A stretch of DNA of 64,000 bases. Origin: a virus (lineage: Duplodnaviria; Caudoviricetes). Made by a program: the position numbers and the translations under genes. Below the pieces are notes generated by a model. It was not told where the DNA came from. It ran no database searches and was given only the letters and a program-made list of their open reading frames with translations. The stretch lies in the IMG/VR virus record IMGVR_UViG_3300010051_000550, positions 15,667-79,666 of that record; one strand, given 5' to 3'. Positions within the stretch are counted from its first letter, which is position 1. Every line of letters begins with the position of its first letter. Below, one piece after another: positions 53,686-63,840 of this stretch.

Positions 53686-54816
53686 TTATCCGCTTTCGCA
53701 ACCGATACCATCTCCATCCGAGTCAAACCGGTGGGGGTCGTCGCCCACCACCTGGAACCGGCGATGCGTGATGTCCCCACAATCCAGATCGGGCGGCGGC
53801 GGCGGAATGCAGACCGTTGGATAGGACGGGTGGCAATTTCCCGACGGCGGGGGCGGGGCGATGGGCACCGGATCGGGAGCGCGAACCGGCTCTGTCGGCA
53901 GCGGCGCGGCTACGAGAGCGCAGCCCCGGCCGGTACCCTCATTCATTAGCCCGTGCAGCGTCGCCGACATCGCCGTGTCGGGTGGGTAGTCTTTCGCTAC
54001 AGCCCAGCCGCCGGCCACCAGCGCGCCGTTGACGAATGTATTTCCAACGTAGACATAGCGCAGCAAGCGGCCGAAACGATCCGTCTCGCTGACATCCCGC
54101 ACCATCCGCACGGTCTGGCCGGCGACGAGCGCGGCGTTGGCCTGCGTCGCCTCTGAGCCGCAAGTCTGCCCTACCTCGGGCGTGTCCATGCCGATGTAGC
54201 GCACGCGGTACGAAGCGCCGCCCATGCTCACATCGATGGTGTCGCCGTCGATGACGGCCGTCACGACCGCCGACTCTCCTAGCGCTGCCGGCGCGCTCGT
54301 TGCCGTTGGCAGTACAGGTGGCTGTGTCGGTGGGACGCTGGGCGCAGTGGGCAGGGGGCGGGTGGGCGTGGAGGGAGCGAGCGTCGCCGTTGGGGGAATA
54401 CGCGTAGCTGTTGGCGCTGAGGTGTTCGTCGGCCTCTCCGTCGCTGTCGGCCGTGCGGTGTTGGTCGGCCGTGGTGTGTTCGTAGCGCGTCGGGTGGCAG
54501 TCGGCGGCTGGTCGGTTGGTTTGGCCTGCGCTGCAGCCGGTTCGTCGGTTAGCTCAGCCAGCTCCTCAGCTGGCTCGTCCTGGGCTACCGATTCGACCTG
54601 GGCAAATTCAGCGGTTGCCGCCAGGCCGGCAACTTCGGCCGTCGACTCTGCGGTAGGTAAGCTGGCGAAAGCGGAGCACATCGTCAGGCCACAGCACGCG
54701 AATAGGAGGGGAGCTGCCAGCCATATTACCTTGCCAAACGTGCCCTGTCCGCGAAACTGGCCCATCCACCAGTTACTGAAGCGCGAAAAGTGTACTATCA
54801 CAAGGCCTCCTGTCAA
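53686..54816 (-). CDS. Membrane-anchored thermonuclease (SNase) with a C-terminal Cys/Asp Ca-binding-like module
   Basis: VIDGDTI...VRYIGMDTPE...DRFGRLLRYVY...LVAGGWA; [19 protein letters not shown]...[15 protein letters not shown]. Confidence 0.9.
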   Translation of the reverse strand: MTGGLVIVHFSRFSNWWMGQFRGQGTFGKVIWLAAPLLFACCGLTMCSAFASLPTAESTAEVAGLAATAEFAQVESVAQDEPAEELAELTDEPAAAQAKPTDQPPTATRRATNTPRPTNTARPTATERPTNTSAPTATRIPPTATLAPSTPTRPLPTAPSVPPTQPPVLPTATSAPAALGESAVVTAVIDGDTIDVSMGGASYRVRYIGMDTPEVGQTCGSEATQANAALVAGQTVRMVRDVSETDRFGRLLRYVYVGNTFVNGALVAGGWAVAKDYPPDTAMSATLHGLMNEGTGRGCALVAAPLPTEPVRAPDPVPIAPPPPSGNCHPSYPTVCIPPPPPDLDCGDITHRRFQVVGDDPHRFDSDGDGIGCESG

Positions 54817-54927
54817 TCCTGCGGGGAGAAATCACTGAAATTGTGTCGGTTGCGCCTTTCGATTTGTATTAAGCTAGCATTTTGACCTTCACCTTAGTTT
54901 GTGCCTTCTCAATTGCAGAGAAGTTGA

Positions 54928-55902
54928 CTACTTATATTTCCCTAGGAGAATGTCTAACATGCTATACCCTAACCCTTGTAAGCGCCTTAATTCTGCATAT
55001 GCTTCCTCGGGACTATCGAACTTTCTGACCCATTCTATGGCCACATTTTCCGCGGGATTTAATGGTAAATCTAAGCTTTGGCGAGTTCCTGTCAACTCCG
55101 ATTTCTTCAAAGGTTCGGTGATTGAAAAATAGTTATTTGATACTTGCACAAAAATATTCTGACATAAGGTAACAACGTCATTATAAATAATGGTTAAATT
55201 CGAGTAATTGATCGGTATAGGACTCCCGATAATGAAACCTTGCATTTGATGCTCGGTTATTTCTGATTGGTTCAGTTTGCTCAAGTATTTATTGTTAATA
55301 AGTCCGCCGTTGTGGATAATGGCATTTCTCATGTATAAAGCGACGACTAGATTCCTTCTATCGCCGGAAATATCTATCCCCATTTTTGACAATCGATAGA
55401 AACAAGAGTCGTATGACTTTCTAAATATTTCATACAATATGTATTCTGTAAGATCTGCGAACTCCTCTGGCCCCAATTGCCCGAGCGTCTTCTGATTTTG
55501 CTCTAGCCATTTCAAGGCTGAACTGTCACCCTCGAGCATTGACGAGTCACTCTCCCAGATCGCGGTTAAAGTTCTTCCTAGAAATGCTTCGAAGTGGGCA
55601 AGTATCAGCGGTAGTTCTTGGTAACAAAGATAACGTTCCTTGTCATCGCGGAATATGATTCCAGATAGCGTTTCGTACAATTTGTGATCTGTTTTGTGCA
55701 GAGGATCTGCCTTAGATAAAGAGCTCCTTGCTAAATTTGCAAAGAACGGGATGTCATCCTCCTTACCGGTTTGTTGTTGCTTTAATTGCGTATCAGGGAT
55801 GCTTTTATAGGCATAATAAGTCATAATTTCCGCACGATACATTGAGCTTAGAAAGTTAGCGTAGTGACGCCTATAATTGTTCCAGTCCATCCAGATCTCC
55901 AT
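54928..55902 (-). CDS. Low-GC HEPN-like protein, putative RNase
   Basis: RNAIIHNGG (R-x4-H); I.LAHFEAFL pattern upstream. Confidence 0.62.
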   Translation of the reverse strand: MEIWMDWNNYRRHYANFLSSMYRAEIMTYYAYKSIPDTQLKQQQTGKEDDIPFFANLARSSLSKADPLHKTDHKLYETLSGIIFRDDKERYLCYQELPLILAHFEAFLGRTLTAIWESDSSMLEGDSSALKWLEQNQKTLGQLGPEEFADLTEYILYEIFRKSYDSCFYRLSKMGIDISGDRRNLVVALYMRNAIIHNGGLINNKYLSKLNQSEITEHQMQGFIIGSPIPINYSNLTIIYNDVVTLCQNIFVQVSNNYFSITEPLKKSELTGTRQSLDLPLNPAENVAIEWVRKFDSPEEAYAELRRLQGLGYSMLDILLGKYK

Positions 55903-56135
55903 TTTTACTCTTAAGATATTTCCAAGTCTTGCTCACCTTCCCCACTTGCCACTCACCTTTCTGCGTCTGCTTTGTGGAAGCTTGCTTACCTTCACAGGTA
56001 CCATCGACAAGCATGAAACAGCACCTTCTTGCTCAAAGACCACAAGCATCTGAATTGATCTCAAACATTGTAGCTTCCTCCTATAGCGTCTGCTTTACAT
56101 AGCTGGAACATTTTCTCCATCGTTATCAGTAAAGT

Positions 56136-59100
56136 TCATCCTCCAATCCACAGGCCGTCGCCGGCGGTGCGGGCTTGGCCGAGGGCAGTTAGGGTTTGGA
56201 GCAGGTCGGTTACTTGGATTCGGCGAGCTTTTGTGGCTGGGCCGTCGAATGATGCGGCTATTTCGTCGGCTGTGACGGGGCGGGCGAAGGCGGCGAGGGC
56301 GGCACGCACGGCTGTGGCGCGGGCGGCGAGTTCGTTAGGCCAGGCGGGTTTGGCGGCGGGCGCGGATATGGCCTCCTCTTCCAGCAGCGTGGACTGGACG
56401 GCGGGGGCCGGCGCGTGGTCGGGGGCCTGGTATTCGGGGCGGAGCCAGCGCACGAGGCCGCGCGCTTCTTCGGCCGCGCGTTGGGCGTTGAGGGCGACGA
56501 GGCGCTCCAGTATCTGGTCGTCGCTCAAATCGGTTGGCCAGCCATAGGCTTCGAGGACGGACGCGTCGAGTTCGTCGTGGAGCTGGCGCAGGACGGAGAC
56601 GAGGCCTTGCTCGTGGATGCGACGGTCGGCGTCGGTTAGCGGCTCGCCGGCGCGCAGCTTGGCCAGGACGTTGTACATGTCGGTCAACGTGAGACGCGGG
56701 TGCTGGGCTTGCTGGCGCTTGCGGTGGGCGTCGAGTTGCTCGCCTAACTCGCGGATGCGGCCGCGTTTGGTGTAGGTAGGTTCGGGGAAGGGGAAGGTCT
56801 CAAAGCAGCGGGTTTTGACATACACCGAATCATTGCCCACGCCAAGCCAGGAACCAGCAGCAAGCGACCACGCTACGTGAACCCGACATGACAAGACGCC
56901 AAGATAGTAGGCATCGTCCAGTGCGATATTGACTAATTTATTGTCCGGCAATATAGCGGCATCGAGGAATGTGAAGAATCTATGCCGTGACGTCTCGACG
57001 GTAGCGATGTAGCGTGGCAGGCCGGCGAGGGCAGGGCGGAAGTTTCCGCGCGGTTCACCGTGAATCCACCAGTTGGTGCGATAGGAAGCGCGGTTGTTCT
57101 GGTCTCGCTCAGGTTTTACTCGTTCATAGACCCACTGGTAGACCTCGGGGAAGCGGAGACGCACCTCGTCAATTCCTAGCCCATATAGGTCGATGACCAT
57201 AACGCCGCGTGTCCTTCCCGTTAGATCGCGGCCGTGCCGGTAATTACGAATATGGGATTCCAGACCCGGAGTGCGTCCATACCCCAATGAACGCGCCTCA
57301 TCCGGAGTGACTATAAATCCTGACCCGATCAACTGGACACCGCGACTGCTCAAGTTCCCATTCGCCAGTAGAGGTGTCGCGCCTGAAACATCTGCCCCAA
57401 TCGTCAGATCGCTTTGTATCTTTCCTGTGCGCTCTTCCAGTGTCACCTCGACTTCGCCCGATTCCAAAGGCCGCTCGGCCGTCACTGCCTTCAGCACGCC
57501 ATCGGCTACTCCAACCGCGCCAACGGTCATCGAGATGCGCACGGCCGCGCCGTCGGATGAATCGACCCACGGGTGATCGGGGATGGCGAACAGCAGAGAG
57601 AGCGGGGGCGTGGCATCCATGTGGGCCTGCAGCACGCGGCGGTTGAACGTCTGGCGCAGGCTGTTGGTGGTGATGAGGCCGAAGCGGCGGATGGCTCCGG
57701 CGCGGGCCAGGCCGGCCGCCTTGTGCCACCAGTACATGACGTAGTCGGCCGAGGCGGGCACGACCGGATAGGTGGCGCGGATGGCCTTGGTATAGCCGTC
57801 GCCCAGCGCGTCGCGCATCCGCGCCGTGCCGATGAACGGCGGGTTGCCGATCACGAACTCGGCCGCGGGCCACTCGGCCGGGCGCGGCTTGATGTAGCGG
57901 TAGACAGGGACGCGGCTGGTCTCGTCGGGCACTTGCTCGCCGGTGACGGGATGGGGGCGGGTGGTGCGGCCATCCCAGCGCGAGACGGGGCGGCCGTCGG
58001 CGTCGAGTAGCGGCTCCACCGCATCCCAGTCGAGGACGGCGTCGCGGCGCTCGATGTTGTGGAAGTCACGGATGATAGGTTCGGCCGGCAGCACGTCGCC
58101 GCGCGTGCGCAGGTGCCATTGCAGGTAGCCGATCCACAGCACCAGCTCGGCGATGGCGGCCGCGCGGGGGTTGATCTCGATGCCCAGAAGCTGCTGCGGC
58201 GTGACCATGACGCTCTCGATTTCGAGCGACAGTTGGCCGTGGCCCAGGTCGCGCAAGGTGTTGAGCACCTCGCCTTCCAGCCGCTTCAGGTGCTCAAGCG
58301 TGACGTAGAGGAAATTGCCGGTGCCGCAGGCGGGGTCGAGCACGCGCGTGGCGGCCAGACGGCGGTGGAACGCGGCGACTTCGGCGATGGCCTTAGCTTC
58401 CGCGCCGGACTCGGCGAGCTGGGCAGCGGCGGCCTGCACGCCGTCCCACTCGGCGCGCAGCGGCTCGATGATGGTGGGGATGACCAGCCGCTCGACGTAG
58501 GCTCGTGGGGTGTAGTGCGCTCCCAGCTTGTGGCGCTCGACCGGGTCCAAAGCACGCTCCAGCAGGGCGCCGAAGATGGCCGGTTCCACGTCGCGCCAGT
58601 CGGCGCGGGCGGCCTCGATGAGCAGTTGAATCTGCACCTCGTCGAGCGGCAAGGCATCCTGCTCGGCGAAGAGGCCGCCGTTGAAGCGGGGGATGGCTCG
58701 CCGCAGGATGACGGAGAAGCCGCCGGCGTTCATGGTTCCCCACAGGTGTTCCAGCATCGGCTTGAAGCTGGCCGGGTCGTGGCGCAGGTCTTTCAGCAGT
58801 TCGGTGAAGGCTTTCTCCGGCAGCAGGCGCACGTCTTCGGCGAACATGGTGAAGAGGCAGCGCATCAGGAAGCTGGCGACCTTCTCCGGCTCGTAGGACT
58901 TCTCCAATGACACGGCCAGCGCGGCCAGGCGGCCGGCGATCTCGCGGGTCACGCGAGCGGTGCGGCGGGCGGGGTCGAGGCTGAGCGGATCGTCCCAGAC
59001 GGCGCGGAGCAGCTCACGAGTGGTCTCGTCGCGCAGGGCTTCGAGGGGGAAGCGGTAGCTGTGCGGATCGGGGAAGGGGGTGTAGTTGCCGCCGCTGCGG

Positions 59101-59582
59101 GTGAACTCGCTGTGGAGTTCGATGGTGTTGCCGACGTCGACCACGATAAGGAAGGGGGGACGGCCGCCGTCTTGTAGTTCGGCCGGCGGCAAGCTGCGGG
59201 CGTAGGTCTGGGCTTGGCGGCGGGCTTTTTCGAGGGCGGTGTCCCACGTGGAAGTGCCACGGGCGGCCGTGCCGCGCTTGCGCTTTTTGGGCGTGGCGGC
59301 GAGGGGCGCAGGTTCGGGTGTATCGCTGCCCTGCTTGGCTTCAAGAACAAATCGGCCGCGCCGGTAGAGGTCGATGAAGCCGGTTGTGCCGTGTGGGAGG
59401 GGGACGGCTTTCTCGAAGACGTAGGCGTTGTCGGCCGCGTCGGGGGTGGAAGGGTCTGGCTTGTCAACCCCGAGCAGCTCGCACAGTTCGACAAGGAAGA
59501 GCTGGTAGTTGGCGCGTTCGGCCGCGCCGGATGCGCGCCAGCGAGTGATGAAGTCGTTGATTGGTTTCGATGTGCCCGTCAT
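56136..59582 (-). CDS. MmeI-like type IIL fused restriction-modification enzyme (N6-adenine methyltransferase)
   Basis: [12 protein letters not shown]; IDLY...VLEAKQG; LGAHYTP; [11 protein letters not shown]; IGNPPF; TRD-like C-terminus. Confidence 0.92.
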   Translation of the reverse strand: MTGTSKPINDFITRWRASGAAERANYQLFLVELCELLGVDKPDPSTPDAADNAYVFEKAVPLPHGTTGFIDLYRRGRFVLEAKQGSDTPEPAPLAATPKKRKRGTAARGTSTWDTALEKARRQAQTYARSLPPAELQDGGRPPFLIVVDVGNTIELHSEFTRSGGNYTPFPDPHSYRFPLEALRDETTRELLRAVWDDPLSLDPARRTARVTREIAGRLAALAVSLEKSYEPEKVASFLMRCLFTMFAEDVRLLPEKAFTELLKDLRHDPASFKPMLEHLWGTMNAGGFSVILRRAIPRFNGGLFAEQDALPLDEVQIQLLIEAARADWRDVEPAIFGALLERALDPVERHKLGAHYTPRAYVERLVIPTIIEPLRAEWDGVQAAAAQLAESGAEAKAIAEVAAFHRRLAATRVLDPACGTGNFLYVTLEHLKRLEGEVLNTLRDLGHGQLSLEIESVMVTPQQLLGIEINPRAAAIAELVLWIGYLQWHLRTRGDVLPAEPIIRDFHNIERRDAVLDWDAVEPLLDADGRPVSRWDGRTTRPHPVTGEQVPDETSRVPVYRYIKPRPAEWPAAEFVIGNPPFIGTARMRDALGDGYTKAIRATYPVVPASADYVMYWWHKAAGLARAGAIRRFGLITTNSLRQTFNRRVLQAHMDATPPLSLLFAIPDHPWVDSSDGAAVRISMTVGAVGVADGVLKAVTAERPLESGEVEVTLEERTGKIQSDLTIGADVSGATPLLANGNLSSRGVQLIGSGFIVTPDEARSLGYGRTPGLESHIRNYRHGRDLTGRTRGVMVIDLYGLGIDEVRLRFPEVYQWVYERVKPERDQNNRASYRTNWWIHGEPRGNFRPALAGLPRYIATVETSRHRFFTFLDAAILPDNKLVNIALDDAYYLGVLSCRVHVAWSLAAGSWLGVGNDSVYVKTRCFETFPFPEPTYTKRGRIRELGEQLDAHRKRQQAQHPRLTLTDMYNVLAKLRAGEPLTDADRRIHEQGLVSVLRQLHDELDASVLEAYGWPTDLSDDQILERLVALNAQRAAEEARGLVRWLRPEYQAPDHAPAPAVQSTLLEEEAISAPAAKPAWPNELAARATAVRAALAAFARPVTADEIAASFDGPATKARRIQVTDLLQTLTALGQARTAGDGLWIGG

Positions 59583-60187
59583 TTCTCGCAGCCGACTCCA
59601 TCCTTATCACTATCAAACCTATGGGGATCTGGTGGGAGCACGGTAAAGTTATGCCATTGAATGTCGTCGCAGTTAAGGTCCGGGGGCGGGGGTGGAATGC
59701 AATGATCCGGGTAAGAAGGATGGCACAGCTTAGGGTCTCTGGTTGGCGTGGCGGTGGGCCTTGGCGTCTTCGTGGGTGTTGCTGTCGGTGTCCTGGTGGG
59801 CGTTGCGGTTGCTGTGCTGGTCGGCGTCAGCGTCGCGGTGCTGGTGGGCGTTGAAGAGGGCGTGACCGTTTGGGTTGGCGTGTTGGAGGCAGTCGGTGTA
59901 GCCGTCGGCGTGGCGGTTAATGTGGCCGTTGCTGCGCTGGTTTCTGTGGCCGTTGGCGCGGCCGTGGTGGCTGTCATCGTGGCCGTGGCCTCCAGTGTTG
60001 ATACGGGCGTTGAGCCGGGTAGGGTGGGGGTTCCCGGCGGGAGTGGGGCGGTTCTGGCGTCGAGCACAGCCGGCAGGTAGACGGAGGCCTCTTCCTGGTC
60101 GACGGCTACCAGCAGACGGCTGCCGCCAAGGGAGAACAGCAGAAAGCTGATGAGCATGAATATCCATCTGTGCGATGGCTTTCGCAT
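59579..60187 (-). CDS. Secreted Thr/Pro-rich protein with the same C-terminal Cys/Asp module as 53686-54816
   Basis: Signal peptide; YLPAVL; [19 protein letters not shown]...[15 protein letters not shown]; ATGA overlap with the R-M gene. Confidence 0.8.
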   Translation of the reverse strand: MRKPSHRWIFMLISFLLFSLGGSRLLVAVDQEEASVYLPAVLDARTAPLPPGTPTLPGSTPVSTLEATATMTATTAAPTATETSAATATLTATPTATPTASNTPTQTVTPSSTPTSTATLTPTSTATATPTRTPTATPTKTPRPTATPTRDPKLCHPSYPDHCIPPPPPDLNCDDIQWHNFTVLPPDPHRFDSDKDGVGCEK

Positions 60188-60482
60188 TGCGGGCGCCTCC
60201 TTTCCGCAGGCCGTCGCCGGCGACGCGATAGCTTTGAATCGCGCGCCCTAGCCTGACCGTATTAAGTTGTCGGGGAATCTGGTCTCCTATGAGGGAGTAT
60301 ACACGGGGATTCAGCCGCGAGGCAATAAAACCCTGGAGTGCTCGGGGTAGTGGGAGTCAGGGCTATTTTCCCATGAGCTTAGTTAAATTAAACTGTATTA
60401 TTCCAACCGGCATGATAAGAGAGAATAGTGGCGCGAAAGCGGTTTGGTCTTGAGGATTCGCCAAAGCGAGGTGCTTTCGGGA

Positions 60483-60511
60483 TTGACGCGAGATCGGCCG
60501 CATGTTATGAT
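60483..60511 (+). promoter_or_regulatory. Near-consensus sigma70 promoter
   Basis: TTGACG-17-TATGAT with an extended -10 TG. Confidence 0.85.
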
Positions 60512-60516
60512 GTAGT

Positions 60517-60597
60517 TGGTCTTGTCTCTGAAACTCAGAGATGAAAGAAAGCCCGGATCGCCAGGTTCACTACTGGCGGTCTGGGCCTTCTGTTTTT
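60517..60597 (+). ncRNA. Putative ~80-nt sRNA or leader RNA
   Basis: Starts at the predicted TSS with TGGTCTTGTCTC; hairpin CTCTGA-AAC-TCAGAG; 14-bp terminator stem at 60551-60586 plus T run. Confidence 0.5.
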
Positions 60598-60714
60598 AGG
60601 AGATATGCGGGATTGGCAGGGACGGGACCTAGGCCGCGAGACAAGACCACCAGCAGCCAAAAAGACACAACAATTTAACGCCACAGTGGTCTTGTCGCCG
60701 GAACGCGAGGCGAT

Positions 60715-61134
60715 ATGAAGGATTTGCAGTCTGTCCTGAAACTGTTGATTGTGGCATTGGTAGCAGCCGTGGTGCTGGGCGCCGTCCTGAGCGCGCGGGC
60801 GACCGCGCGGGAGTACTACGCCTACCGGTCGATGGTCGCGCCCAAAACGATCCATCAGATGGTGCTGGAGATGGAAGCGGCCGATGAGCCGGAGCGCGGC
60901 CCTGCCCTGCTCTATGGGGCCGGTTTGCTGGCGCTGGCGGGACTGGTCTTCGGCGGGATGCTGTTCGCCATGCACGGCGGGACGGCGCTGCTGAAGGAGC
61001 GGCGGCTCGGCCGCAAGAAGAGCCGGACGCGCCGACCGGCGTCGCTGCCGGCTATCCATACCGCCCCACTGCTGCGGGAGGCATTTCCCCCAAATGAAAA
61101 CTATGCGAACGATAGCGACGGCCATCGCGGGTAG
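60715..61134 (+). CDS. Two-TM membrane protein, possibly spread (Spd)-like
   Basis: Two hydrophobic helices and a basic tail; overlaps the ATPase gene. Confidence 0.65.
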   Translation: MKDLQSVLKLLIVALVAAVVLGAVLSARATAREYYAYRSMVAPKTIHQMVLEMEAADEPERGPALLYGAGLLALAGLVFGGMLFAMHGGTALLKERRLGRKKSRTRRPASLPAIHTAPLLREAFPPNENYANDSDGHRG

Positions 61135-62788
61135 CGTGGCGCTGCTGCTGCTGGTTGGGTGCGGCGGCTCCCCTGCCCCTCCCCCGCCGGACACGAGCGG
61201 GCTGGCGGTGCTTGACGCCCAGGCGACGCTGGCGGTCTGGTCGGCGCGGGAGACGGCGGTGGCCGAGGAAACGCGCCGGGCGCAGCAAGCCACCGTGGAC
61301 GCGGCGAATGCGGCCGTCCGAGCGACGGAGAGCGCTGCGGGTGCGACGGCGCAGGCGGTCCAGGCTGCCGGCGCAACCGTAGCGGCGCACGGCACGGCCG
61401 TCGCGGTGGAGGCCACAGCCACAGCCGGCGCGGGGTATATGGTGGCGACGGCGCAGTCAGCAGCGGCGACGGCGACGCGCGATGGGCTGGCGGCCGAGCA
61501 ACTGCGGCTGGGCATAGCGGCAACGGCGACGGCTGACGCGGCGGCGCTGGCCTTTCAGGCAGCGCAGGCGGAAAAGGCGCTGGCGGCGCGGCAGGCGGAG
61601 ATCGACAGGGAGTTGATGTGGAACCGGCTGCTGCCGTGGCTGGCAGGGATTGCGGCGGTGGGCGCGGCGGTGGCGATGTCGCTGTTTGCCGGGACGTGGG
61701 CGGTGGAGCGGTTGCGTCGGAACCGGCCGCAGCAGGCGGGGGATGTGTGGGTGATGGTGGGACCGAGCGGGCCGGTGGCGTTGAATCGGCCGCCGGCGCA
61801 GATTCCTGCTTCGCTGCCGCGCGCCCCGATTACCGTCAGTCCGGGGCCGACGCCGGCGGCCGATACACCTATCTCCCTGCCCGTCCCCCGGCGAGGCTGC
61901 TGGCTGGTGGCCGGGATGCGCGGCAGCGGCAAGACGACGGCCATCCATGCGGTGCTGCGCGCCCGCACCGGGACGCGCGTCGTCCTCGATCCTCGTGACT
62001 GGGAAGGCAAGTGGCCGTCTGACACGCGAGTCATCGGCCGTGGCGGAGATTACGATGCGATTGAGGCATTCCTGGCAGAGGAGATGGAGGCCATTCTGGA
62101 CGAGCGCGGCCGTCAGTTGGGCGACGGCGTGCCCAGCCGGACGCTTCAGGCTGACCCGATTTTCGTGATCATCGACGAGCTGCCAGCCATCGTTGAGCGT
62201 CTCGGCGATAGGTGCATGACCGCGCCTCGGCGCTGGATGTATGAGATGCGCCAGATGGGCGGCGACCTGCTGCTGTCGACCCAGAGCCTGCGCGTGAAGG
62301 CGATGGGCCTCGAGAACTACGGGGATGTGCGCCAGATGTTTGACTTCACGCTGGCGTTGGGCGATGTGGCGAGGGAAAAGTTCCCCCGCCTGGCTGAGGG
62401 GATGCAGCGGCCGGCGGTACTGTCTACGTTATCCAGCGCCCGGCCGGTAGTCATCCCCTGGATGGAGCAAGGGTCACGCCATGCCGTTGACGCCGGAGAC
62501 CTTGATGGGGATGGAGACGACGACGTGATCCTGCTGCCGGGCGGGCCGCTGTTTTTGGCCCCCACCCCACAAGCGCCGAAGGCCGACCCGCGCAACATGC
62601 GGCCCGAGGACGTGGCACGCATTCGGGCGCTGAAGGCGGCTCACTGGTCGCAACGCGCGATTGAGATGGAGATGTTCGGCTACACGGGCGGGGCGGCGTG
62701 GGAGGCCGTGCGCGAGGCGCTGGACGGAGATGGGCATGGCTGGCCGGCGGCGGCAGCCTGGCCCGCGCCCGGTCAGGTGCTACGGTAG
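61094..62788 (+). CDS. FtsK/TraB-like membrane P-loop ATPase with lipobox, Ala-rich stalk, TM helix and C-terminal HTH
   Basis: LVGC lipobox; LVAGMRGSGKTT Walker A; FVIIDELP Walker B; RQMG...LLLSTQS; C-terminal RIRAL...WSQRAIE..MFG. Confidence 0.78.
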   Translation: MKTMRTIATAIAGSVALLLLVGCGGSPAPPPPDTSGLAVLDAQATLAVWSARETAVAEETRRAQQATVDAANAAVRATESAAGATAQAVQAAGATVAAHGTAVAVEATATAGAGYMVATAQSAAATATRDGLAAEQLRLGIAATATADAAALAFQAAQAEKALAARQAEIDRELMWNRLLPWLAGIAAVGAAVAMSLFAGTWAVERLRRNRPQQAGDVWVMVGPSGPVALNRPPAQIPASLPRAPITVSPGPTPAADTPISLPVPRRGCWLVAGMRGSGKTTAIHAVLRARTGTRVVLDPRDWEGKWPSDTRVIGRGGDYDAIEAFLAEEMEAILDERGRQLGDGVPSRTLQADPIFVIIDELPAIVERLGDRCMTAPRRWMYEMRQMGGDLLLSTQSLRVKAMGLENYGDVRQMFDFTLALGDVAREKFPRLAEGMQRPAVLSTLSSARPVVIPWMEQGSRHAVDAGDLDGDGDDDVILLPGGPLFLAPTPQAPKADPRNMRPEDVARIRALKAAHWSQRAIEMEMFGYTGGAAWEAVREALDGDGHGWPAAAAWPAPGQVLR

Positions 62789-62797
62789 CAGTAGCAT

Positions 62798-62825
62798 AGC
62801 GCTACGTAGCGCGCTACGTAGCGCT
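62798..62825. repeat. 28-bp perfect palindrome
   Basis: AGCGCTACGTAGCGCGCTACGTAGCGCT, made of two overlapping GCGCTACGTAGCGC palindromes. Confidence 0.92.
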
Positions 62826-62902
62826 TGGCCGGACTTGCGCGGCCGATTCGTCGGAGATTCTGACGGGAATTTCTGTAGGACGCATTTGAGACGGTGCGTC
62901 CC

Positions 62903-62946
62903 AAGTTGTCACAAGCGGTTATAAGTTGTCACAACCGCTTATGACA
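62903..62946. promoter_or_regulatory. Centromere/operator-like repeats upstream of parA
   Basis: AAGTTGTCACAA x2 with 20-bp period; AAGCGGTT/AACCGCTT inverted pair. Confidence 0.65.
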
Positions 62947-62961
62947 TGTTGAGAAGTTGAG

Positions 62962-63840
62962 GTGATTCACATGAGTTCGGAGATCAAGACCACGGTAATC
63001 GCCGTGTCGACCGAGAAAGGCGGCACGGGCAAGACGACGACGGCCTGCAACCTGGCGGCCGGGCTGGCGCTGAAGGAGAAGTTCGCCGGCGGCCAGGGCG
63101 TGGTTGTTCTGGTCGACGTTGACCCGCAGGGGGACTCGGCCAAGTTTTGGGGAGTACACGGCCGCGTCTATCACGAGGAGCGCAATCCGGACGGGCCGTG
63201 CATCAGCGACGTGCTGCTCGGCGACGCGGCCGTCGGCGATGCGCTGATCCCGCTGCGGGATAATCTGTACCTGCTGCCGGCCAGCGCCCGGCTGAAGGAT
63301 GCCGAGTTCGAGCTGATCACTCGCGAGGTGCTGGCAGCCGGCGGGCGTGCGCGGCGGAAGCATGTGCCGCTGCCGGACGTGTTGAAGGCGCGGCTGCAGC
63401 CGCTGATGGGCGTGGCGCGGTGGATCGTCATCGACTGCGCGCCGCACATGGGGCCGCTGGAACCGGCCGTTTTCAATTTCGCGGACTGGGTTGTGGCGCC
63501 GGTGCAGCTGCAGTATCTCAGCGCGGCCGGGGTGTCGCAGCATACGGAGACGCTCGACGGTCATATCCTGCGGGGCGAGGCCAAGAGCAAGCTGGCTTTC
63601 ATCCTGCCGACGATGGTGTCGGTGCGCGATGGGGAGCCGTGGCAGAACGGCGAGCGTCAGATGCTGGAGGCGGTGGTGAAGGCGTACGGGAAGAGCAAGG
63701 TGCTCGCGCCGGTGCCGGACAGCGTGATCGTGGAGCAGAGTCCGGGCGTGCACCAGTCGATCTTTGAGTTCGGCCCGGCGTCGGCCGGCGCAGTGCGGGC
63801 TTACGCGAACCTGGTGGAGAAGGTGTACCATGTCGGATGA
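62962..63840 (+). CDS. parA: ParA/Soj-family partition ATPase
   Basis: KGGTGKTTTACNLA, VDVDPQGD, LLPAS, IDCAP, VVAPVQ. Confidence 0.93.
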   Translation: MIHMSSEIKTTVIAVSTEKGGTGKTTTACNLAAGLALKEKFAGGQGVVVLVDVDPQGDSAKFWGVHGRVYHEERNPDGPCISDVLLGDAAVGDALIPLRDNLYLLPASARLKDAEFELITREVLAAGGRARRKHVPLPDVLKARLQPLMGVARWIVIDCAPHMGPLEPAVFNFADWVVAPVQLQYLSAAGVSQHTETLDGHILRGEAKSKLAFILPTMVSVRDGEPWQNGERQMLEAVVKAYGKSKVLAPVPDSVIVEQSPGVHQSIFEFGPASAGAVRAYANLVEKVYHVG

